A stretch of 17,600 bases of DNA, taken from assembly GCF_006345805.1 (NCBI RefSeq), contig NW_021824637.1, forward strand, positions 1 through 17,600. Reading direction: 5' to 3'. The notes under the pieces were generated by a model. It saw nothing but the letters and a program-made list of their open reading frames with translations. It was not told the origin of the DNA and did not search any database. The DNA comes from Octopus sinensis. Taxonomy: Eukaryota. Numbering within the stretch: the stretch's first letter is position 1; every line of letters begins with the position of its first letter. The translations under genes and the position numbers were made by a program. Shown here one piece after another: positions 9,783 to 17,600 of this stretch.

Positions 9783-10263
9783 TACATACATACATACATA
9801 CATACATACATACATACATACATACATACATACATACATGTATACATACATAAATATATATATATATATCGACGATTACGATATATGCGTGTGTGTGCGT
9901 GTGGTATATGTGTGTCACGTTTCATTCCATTACACAATCGTTCTATATCGATAGCTACTCTTACATACATACACGCAGCTCACATAGATGCTCATATCTA
10001 CATACACATACACACGTATGTATGCATGCGTGTATAATATATGTATGTATGTATGTATGTATGTATCTATGTGTGTCAATATATATGTATATAACCACAC
10101 ACACACACACGTTTGCAGTCAATTTATCAAGGCTGTTCCAATCTATGAGACTCGCCTTGAGCAGAATAAATTGGTTTAGCTTAATCTAATGTTGCTAAGC
10201 TAAGGGAAGAAACATTTTGCATAGGCTGATGTGTGTGTGTCTATACACACACAAACACACACA

Positions 10264-10301
<38 letters not shown>

Positions 10302-10653
10302 TGTTGTTGCTGTTGCTATTGTTGTTTTTTGGTGTCTTTTGTTAGCTACTTCTCTCACCTGTGTTCCATCTGCTCTTGTTAGCAGAGCTGTGCTATTTAT
10401 CGCAAAGTCTGTAGCCGGATTCCTATAGTGTATCAGTGTGTGTGTATGTGTATGTGTGTATGTGTGTGTGTGTGTGCGTGCGTTCGTGCCTGCGTGTGTG
10501 TACGCACGCGCAATATAGAAAGTTATCTTATCCAAATATACGCACCGACATACACACGAACGCGTGCATACACACACACGCATTATATATGTTCGTTTGT
10601 GTGCGCGCTCGTTCGCGCGTTTATATATATATTTATATACATGTATATGCATA

Positions 10654-10731
<78 letters not shown>

Positions 10732-10801
10732 CATATATATATATATACATACATATATATATATTATATATATATATATATTATATATATATATATATAT
10801 A

Positions 10802-10832
<31 letters not shown>

Positions 10833-10866
10833 GTAAATAATGGCACAACGAAGCACCGATATATAT

Positions 10867-10905
<39 letters not shown>

Positions 10906-10945
10906 AGCCAGCTTACAGAAGGTTAACAGGTGTGGTATATATATG
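9783..10945. repeat. Long compound microsatellite region (TACA)n, (CA)n, (TG)n, (TA)n with short unique spacers
   Basis: Visible tracts; explains the ORFs between 9761 and 10968. Confidence 0.93.
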
Positions 10946-11129
10946 AGTGTGTGCAGGCGCATGCGCATGTGTGCATTTTTGTCGTTAATGGATCCGATTC
11001 GTCTGTCAGAAGTATAAAAAGCCGGTAATGGTATCTTATGTGAAAGGTAAGAAAGCCATCAGAAGAGGGGCGGGAATATAAAGGCAATGAATTGGTGTAT
11101 ATCTCTAAATGTATTTGTATCTGTATGTC

Positions 11130-11133
<4 letters not shown>

Positions 11134-11172
<39 letters not shown>
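11134..11172. repeat. (GA)n microsatellite
   Basis: Pure tract. Confidence 0.97.
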
Positions 11173-11176
<4 letters not shown>

Positions 11177-11364
11177 TTGAGTGAGAGAGGGAGAGAGTTG
11201 AAGGGAGAGTAATTTATTATTGAGAGAAAAAGTGAAAAGAGAGGATGGGATGGGGGAAAGTGAGGGAGAGAAGAAATGGAATCTTTAAGAACATCGTACG
11301 ATTGCAAACAATGCACAATAACTTATAACCGTGTTGCTCCAGGATGAATCAAATATTTATAGAC

Positions 11365-11657
11365 AGGCTTTGAGATTGCTAGAAATAGCAGCCAAGTCTC
11401 CTTCAAATTGTACTCTACTGTCTTGAAAGAAAAATGTCCAGTGTTGTCATGATTGCGTAATAGTCTCTGAGCCTGCAAGAAACAGTAGCCAAATTTCTGT
11501 CGAATTGTACTCTACAATCTTGAAAGAAAAGAACCTGATGCTGTCTTGAATACATAATAGTCTCTGAGCCAGCTAGAAACAGCAGCCAAATCTTTTTCAA
11601 ATTGTACTCTACCATCTCGGAAGAAAAGAGCTCAGTGCCATCATGTATACATAATGT
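11365..11657. repeat. Tandem repeat, 97-bp period, 3 diverged copies
   Basis: AGAAAYAGYAGCCAA..AATTGTACTCTAC..TCT..AAGAAAA starts at 11381, 11478 and 11575. Confidence 0.9.
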
Positions 11658-11926
11658 GGTCCCAGGTAAAGCAGTACACGGGGAACTTGTGTTCATTTAT
11701 TGCCAGTAAACTACACTATACGTAGATTATAGATTATCTCTCACCCTCTTGACTAGTTGGCTCGAGGACCAACTTCTCACTGTGCCCTTTTTTTGAAATA
11801 GCTCTAGTGGGAGACATAAGATTATGTAGACCTATGTATTCGTTGCCAAAGAGAAGACCGAGATATTCACGGTTCCAACATAACTGATCAGAGGTTTGCA
11901 CAGTCAGGACTGGCTTTGAACTAAAC

Positions 11927-12431
11927 CAATGTTTTTCAACTATTTTTTTTTAACATATGGACACCTCTGATTTTTTTTATTCGGGTGGGCCCTCCTAACG
12001 ATTCGATATACATAAACATGTCCAGTTATATTTTTATGATTAAGTATTATTAGGGAACTATATAAGAAAACAAGTGATAAAATTTTTTGTATATCGTAGC
12101 AGTGGGAAATGGTGAAGTGGTGACCGGTAATAAAGTCACAGTAATAAAGTCACAATTGTGGCTAGGAAAAAAGTCATAGGAAAAAAGTCACAATTAATTT
12201 ATGGGATCCGGACAAAACCGCACCGAACAATCCCACTATGGACAAAACCCCTGTGACTTTTTTCCTGCGACTTTTTTTTTTTCCTGTGACTTTCTTACCT
12301 GTGACTTTTTTTTACCTGGATTCTGTAGAAGTATAACCAATTTATTGCATTTTAGCAGCAAAATCTGATATGGACCCCCAAGGGCCTTATGGACACCGAA
12401 GGGTCATATTGACCCCAGTTGAGAACCACAG
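11927..12431. mobile_element. hAT-like MITE interrupted by a nested insertion
   Basis: Degenerate 14-bp TIRs CAATGTTTTTCAAC (11927-11940) and GTTGAGAACCACAG (12418-12431). 8-bp flanks AACTAAAC and TGCTGAAC match 5/8. Subterminal ATGGAC(A/C)CC repeats. Confidence 0.7.
12104..12323. mobile_element. Foldback/Mutator-like non-autonomous element
   Basis: Left arm has four AAAGTCAYA units and right arm four inverted TGYGACTTT units. A 9-bp flank TGTAGAAGT (12324-12332) has 7/9 matches at 12095-12103 and at 12110-12118. Confidence 0.7.
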
Positions 12432-12664
12432 TGCTGAACAGTAGTAGTAGCAGCAGCAACACCGATTGTTATGAATATCTCCAATCTGCTTAATGGCACA
12501 TCGTGCCAATTGCAACATGTTTTATGATTTGACATTAAAGTACCACCGGTCGTCAACCGCGATGCAGTACTGGTCGGTAACCTGCGCATGTTTTGCCTCA
12601 TGGTTACAGGTACTAATATAGTCGTTAACAGACGTGGACGACCTCTTGTCCCCTTTGCTCTTAA

Positions 12665-12826
12665 CCCTTTGCCCGTCCAGTGTACAACGTGTGATGCACA
12701 AGTCATATTTTCCGGACGTCCATGCATCATATATGACGCACATTACCAACGTTTGTTCAACGTCCAGAGAAACTCGAGACATATGAAAGGAAGGCTTTAT
12801 ATTATTCATAATATATGAAACAAGGG
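12665..12826. mobile_element. piggyBac-like MITE, 162 bp
   Basis: TTAA-CCCTT ... AAGGG-TTAA termini (TTAA at 12661-12664 and 12827-12830). Internal near-perfect palindrome TGCATCATATATGACGCA with a degenerate second copy upstream. Confidence 0.6.
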
Positions 12827-13024
12827 TTAACTACATGTCTGAAGAGAAGCATGGACCTTTAAGACAAACTTTTGAAAATGTTTTGGACAGGCAAAAAGTT
12901 AACCAAGTGGAACGTCTAGAATATAACAGGTGGAGAAGGGAAAGAGGGAGAGAAAGAGAGAGAAAGAAAGAGGGAGAGAGAGGGGAATGTTTTATCAGTA
13001 ACCGATAAGTACTTACTGTAGGTG

Positions 13025-13128
13025 ATTAAACTGAAGTAGCGTGAAATGAAGTGCCTTCCTCAATTCCTGGACCCTACGTTACGGCGCCTCGGAATTAAAC
13101 CCATGACATCATGAACATGAAGCGAGCA
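13025..13128 (-). mobile_element. Degenerate SINE family B fragment
   Basis: ACTGAAGTAGCGTGAAATGAAGTGCCTTCCTCAA..GGAATTAAACCCATGA aligns with 1526-1612. Confidence 0.55.
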
Positions 13129-13262
13129 GGAGGCGATGTGCCTTCATCCGTTGATTTAAAAAATGTCGAAACACAACAAAAAAAAACAACCTTATGGTGA
13201 AGTGGTTAAGAGCGCGGGCTACTAACCCCAAGATTCCGAGTTCGATTCCAGGCAGGGACCTG

Positions 13263-13339
13263 AATAATAATAATAATAATATAATAATAATAATAGTAAT
13301 AATAATGATGATGATAAAATAGTAATAATAATGATGATA

Positions 13340-13384
<45 letters not shown>

Positions 13385-13395
13385 TAATAATAATA

Positions 13396-13428
<33 letters not shown>

Positions 13429-13510
13429 TTGATAATCATAATAATAATAATATAATAATAATGATGATAATAATATAATAATGATAATAATAATAATGAT
13501 GATAATAATA

Positions 13511-13541
<31 letters not shown>

Positions 13542-13547
13542 TAATAC

Positions 13548-13579
<32 letters not shown>

Positions 13580-13581
13580 TA
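13263..13581. repeat. (TAA)n microsatellite with TGA variants
   Basis: Visible tract. Confidence 0.97.
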
Positions 13582-13634
13582 AAAACTTCGAAAAATACCT
13601 TAGGAAGCAGAACCCAGGTTCGACATTTCCCCAA

Positions 13635-13680
13635 GACACCCGATGAAGGCTGGAGGGTATATCAGCCGAATCGTTGTGTT
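13635..13680 (+). ncRNA. Minimal type I hammerhead ribozyme-like motif (two core substitutions)
   Basis: GACAC (stem I), CcGAUGA (core), A, GGCUG-gaggguauau-CAGCC (stem II), GAAu, C, GUU, GUGUU (stem I'). Confidence 0.65.
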
Positions 13681-13852
13681 AACAACAAACAAGATGAGGA
13701 CAAATATCCGTCAAATGTATATAACGTAAATAATGAAAACAAAACCTTTGTCTAAATATAAAATAACACGCTGTTTCCAGAAAAGTAGCGCAAGCGAATG
13801 CAAGGGCCCAGTCTTCAGCAGCATGCTGATTTTGTATTGTTCACTTACCTGT

Positions 13853-13932
13853 CAACCTACCTACCTATCTATCTACCTATCTATCTACCTATCTATCTAT
13901 CTACCTATCTATCTACCTATCTATCTATCTAC

Positions 13933-13994
<62 letters not shown>
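13853..13994. repeat. (CTAT/CTAC)n microsatellite 5' of the LINE
   Basis: Visible tract. Confidence 0.97.
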
Positions 13995-14537
13995 GTTCGG
14001 GACGACTTCGGGCCAGGCCCATGGACCACTTCCAGAGATCCCTGCCTGCAGTGCTACCGAGAAGCGCTACCCGTCGGGATAGCTCTACAGACACGGCTCG
14101 AGAAACACGGGGCCGACCTGCCCGAGATGCGGTCAGAGCGACGAAACCGTTCTGCACGCACTCGTTCAGTGTCCAACAATTTCCGACCTGTGGGCTTGTG
14201 TCGAACAACTGCTGTCACGTGTGGGGCGAGTCGGTTTATCAGCTGAGTCTATCGTCAATATTGTCACGCCTCCTTCCTTCAAACGGGAAGGAAGAGCTAT
14301 TTTCATCGTCCTGTGGGCTATGGCGAAAGAATGTATCTGGTGGACGCGTCTGAAAGGATTGGAGACAAACACTTTCCTCTCTGGTCAATCTCTCATCAAC
14401 TTCTTCAAGTACCACTTGAAAAGGAAAGTGAGAGTAAGAGGCAAGTTTTGTCTAGCGAATGTTTTAAAAAAAGATGGGTGAATGTAGCAAGAATGGCACG
14501 TATGAATGACGAAGCCACCTTGAGCATAGTCCTATGA
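13995..14537 (+). pseudogene. Frameshifted LINE ORF2 C-terminal zinc-binding (zf-RVT-like) region
   Basis: Joining frames gives [73 protein letters not shown]. The C-x2-C-x8-H-x4-C motif is at 14119-14172 and is followed by the IWxxR motif typical of L1/Tx1 ORF2. At least three frameshifts. Confidence 0.85.
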
Positions 14538-14907
14538 CCCAGAAATCGAAAACAGAGAGTGCTTATTTGCAAAAAAAAAAAAAAAAAAAAAATAAAATGT
14601 GACTTCATTGACCGAGGTTACCGTGGTCTTTTCCGTAGGCTTTTCTTTCCACGGGTAAACCTCACCTGTCCTCCCTTTACACTTCATATTGACATTTCTG
14701 TGATAACGATCCCTATTTGATCATTATTGTTTCCTCTCCCCTTTTTTAACCCCCCCTTCTTTTTATCCTCTTTCTCTCCTTTTACGATCCCTTTTGATCG
14801 AAACTCCCCCTTCCTTTTTTTTTTTTTTTTTTTAAACCTTCAAAAGAAAAGCTCTACCTTGTAATTTGTTCTATCTGTGTGCAGCCCTGTGTGGCTAATA
14901 AAGAAAC
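13995..14907 (+). mobile_element. 5'-truncated L1/Tx1-clade LINE (ORF2 C-terminus plus 3' UTR)
   Basis: Coding remnant to the stop at 14537, an internal A-run at 14571-14592, a pyrimidine-rich UTR and terminal AATAAAGAAAC running into (TATC)n. Confidence 0.85.
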
Positions 14908-15007
14908 ATATCTATCTATCTATCTATTTACCTGTCTGCATGTCTGTCTGTCTGCCAGCTTGTCTACCTCTGTTCGTACCTACCTACCTACCTACCTTTC
15001 TATCAAC

Positions 15008-15050
<43 letters not shown>

Positions 15051-15118
15051 CCTATCTATCTATCTATCTATACGTACACACATATCTACACACATACAGA
15101 CAAACATATATACATAGA

Positions 15119-15156
<38 letters not shown>

Positions 15157-15172
15157 TGTGCGTGCGTGCGCG
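14908..15172. repeat. (TATC/TACC/TGTC)n then (TG)n microsatellites
   Basis: Visible tracts. Confidence 0.95.
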
Positions 15173-15467
15173 CAAATATTTGTAACTGTATGAGTATGTG
15201 CGTGCGTATATGCGTGAGTGGTTTTATCTTTACTTACAGAAAGAAGAGAAGAGCGGGCGAGATCCGAGCATTCTCAGGTATTTAATAACTGTAGCCAACA
15301 GGTAGATGCGTCTATCTTCTGAGTTATAACATTATAATGAGGTATGCTTTATGACGTAAAATGATGAGCGGATTTATGAGTTCTAACATCATCGTAAAAT
15401 TTATGAGCATAAATTATCATACAATTTATGATGACACATCGTAACATTTATTTTATGCATACACACG

Positions 15468-15539
15468 CATATATATATATATGATATAAATATAATATAT
15501 AATATATATTTAATATATATATATATATTATATATATAT

Positions 15540-15586
<47 letters not shown>

Positions 15587-15725
15587 CATATATATATATA
15601 TATATATTTCGGAATGGTCATTTTGCCAGTTTAGCCAATAAAAAATCTTGCACAAAACACAAATATTTAAACGTATATATATATATATATTATATATATA
15701 AACATGCATATAATATATATTTATC

Positions 15726-15772
<47 letters not shown>

Positions 15773-15807
15773 ATGCATATCTATATATATATCATATATA
15801 TATATTA

Positions 15808-15835
<28 letters not shown>
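15468..15835. repeat. Interrupted (TA)n with a short unique island at about 15607-15672
   Basis: Visible tract. Confidence 0.93.
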
Positions 15836-15838
<3 letters not shown>

Positions 15839-15977
15839 TATTGCTGTTGTTGTTGGTCACTGTAACCTGAGATTCTTGAACAGGTGGCTTTGCTTTCATG
15901 GCGATCACAACTCACGTGCATTCACACTGCCTAATTACACAATAATGGAGAAACGAATGAACGTTTACCTTATTCCT

Positions 15978-16178
15978 ATTTCTTTATTGCCCACAAGGGG
16001 CTAAACATAGAGGAGACACAAATAAGGACAGACAAACGGATTAAGTCGATTACATCGACCCCAGTGCGTAACTGGTACTTAATTTATCTACCCCGAAAGG
16101 ATGAAAGGCAAAGTCGACTTCGGTGGAATTTGAACTCGGAACGCAACGGCAGACGAAATGCCGCTAAGCTCGCCGCCC
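15978..16178 (-). mobile_element. SINE family D variant with alternative tail, head deletion and 13-bp TSD
   Basis: Minus strand GGCGGCGAGCTTAGCGGCATTTCGTCTG..GAGTTCAAATTCCACCGAAGTCGACTTTGCCTTTCATCCTTTCGGGG matches 4196-4360. Flanking TTACCTTATTCCT (15965-15977) and TTACCTTACTCCT (16179-16191) match 12/13. Confidence 0.9.
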
Positions 16179-16918
16179 TTACCTTACTCCTGTGAACGGA
16201 CAGGCGATCCGTCCTTCCGGATAGTTGTGGATGTTTCCACTCGTAACGCTTTTACATATGCATAATATATATATATATATATGTATGTATATGTATTCTA
16301 GTTTCTCGGAAATCTCTCATTCCGTTGGGATATTTTGTTTTTAGTTTGCTGTAAGTTCGTTGTGTTGTTTTTTAGGATTTGCTTGTGCGCAACTATATTA
16401 CCTTCACTCGTTTGTACAAGTGTTCATCGACTTACCACCCACGCTGATACATACCTTCATACCATCATGGAATTTTACATTGAGTGCTTTGCCTTTCATG
16501 ACTATAGCCAGCCATACTATGCAACACAACGAAGATGTTAAAAACCAAGAAATACCTGAGCTGGAAGCTTTTTAAAGTGAGGAAAGGCCTTGAACAGAGC
16601 CAATCCTACTCTCTAAATAACGTATATGTTTGCTCAAAAACGAACTAATCTACATCATTTGATGCAAAGGAAGTTACAGGTGTTAATTCTGTGTTTTCCT
16701 TCTCCTAAGGATATACCTAAACAAAACTTAGGGGTCTCTCACTTCCAGCTGTTAGATGACAGTTGACTGGTTTTGTTTTCCCAATCCTGCAGAGTGTCCA
16801 AAGAAACCAGGTCTCCTCACCAATTAGGCTTGACATGGTCACTGATTAAGTCACTAACTGCACGACCATACGTCACGTTGTACTGGGTTACATGTTACCA
16901 GTACAGCTAAGAGTCACC

Positions 16919-16956
<38 letters not shown>

Positions 16957-16958
<2 letters not shown>

Positions 16959-17260
16959 CATGTAATCACGTGACCGACCAGACCATCAGATGTTACTACA
17001 CATCGCTGGTCACACTGCGTTCGCATTGTTTTAGCCTGCGAATGACGCCACCCGCTAGCTAAGCGAGCAGGCCAACAGAAGAAGATGAGAGAAAGAGTGG
17101 TGAAAGAGTACAGCAGGGATCACCACCCCCTGGCCGAGCCTCGTGGAGCTTTTAGTGTTTTCGCTCAATAAACACTCACAAACGCCCGTTCTAGGAATCG
17201 AAACCACGATCCTACGACCGCGAGTCCGCTGCCCTAACCACTAGGCCATTGCGCCTCCAC
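16957..17260 (-). mobile_element. Full-length tRNA-derived SINE family C, tail type 3
   Basis: Minus strand GTGGAGGCGCAATGGCCTAGTGGTTAGGGCAGCGGACTCGCGGTCGTAGGATCGTGGTTTCGATTCC, near-identical to the head at 7143. Lies between (TA)n and (CA)n tracts. Confidence 0.9.
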
Positions 17261-17307
17261 ACACACACACACACACACACACGCACGCACACACACACAC
17301 ACACACA

Positions 17308-17357
<50 letters not shown>
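17261..17357. repeat. (CA)n(TA)n microsatellite
   Basis: Visible tract. Confidence 0.97.
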
Positions 17358-17600
17358 TGATTTGAACACCCTACTAGAATGGGAGAAAGCGCTAATGATC
17401 TCAGTGATATGATATATATGTAAAAAATGTAATATATAAATAAATATCTGTAAATATAAACCATTCGATCTTCTGATTACCTCTTTTCTTCTAATATATA
17501 TATATAACTGTATATAATATATATAATGATATTTATTCTCCGATTTTGAAGCGACATACATACATGAAGAGATGGCGGCGTGAATTTCCACTCGGCATCC

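Larger units (their letters stand above)
13195..13735 (+). mobile_element. Composite element: tRNA-derived head, (TAA)n, hammerhead-bearing Penelope-like tail
   Basis: A box TGGTGAAGTGG (13195-13205), anticodon-like loop CTACTAA, B box GAGTTCGATTCC (13238-13249), TAA tract 13263-13581, then unique sequence with the hammerhead fold at 13635-13680. That these form one element is inferred. Confidence 0.6.

Noticed and set aside
13770-13820. Minus-strand CTGAAGA...GAAAC
   Set aside because: No closing stem II or stem I in register; likely chance.
13733-14353. 206-aa ORF as an intact gene
   Set aside because: It reads through a TATC microsatellite and is mostly in the wrong frame of the frameshifted LINE remnant.
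195-17591. Most ORFs in the supplied track (YI/CV/HT/SL/LSIY-rich and His/Thr/Val-rich peptides)
   Set aside because: They are translations of microsatellites that lack stop codons, with no domain signal or splice structure.

Overview
AT-rich, microsatellite-dense eukaryotic non-coding DNA (intron or intergenic). The repeat repertoire suggests an octopod cephalopod, which is my inference from repeat style and not a database result. No host protein-coding gene can be supported, and nearly all tracked ORFs are simple-repeat artefacts. The window is a mosaic of mobile elements: about 15 full or partial tRNA-headed SINE copies (three with clear target-site duplications), a 521-bp Tc1/mariner-superfamily MITE, two copies of a hAT-like MITE (one carrying a nested foldback/Mutator-like insertion), a TTAA-flanked piggyBac-like MITE, and the frameshifted 3' end of an L1/Tx1-type LINE embedded in a (TATC)n tract. 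The most notable signals are two minimal type I hammerhead-ribozyme folds of the kind associated with Penelope-like elements. One (5239-5289, minus) has a compensatory G3:C8 core swap. The other (13635-13680, plus) lies downstream of a tRNA-derived Pol III head. One SINE also shares its 3' tail with the Tx1-like LINE, and tails are swapped among SINE bodies.
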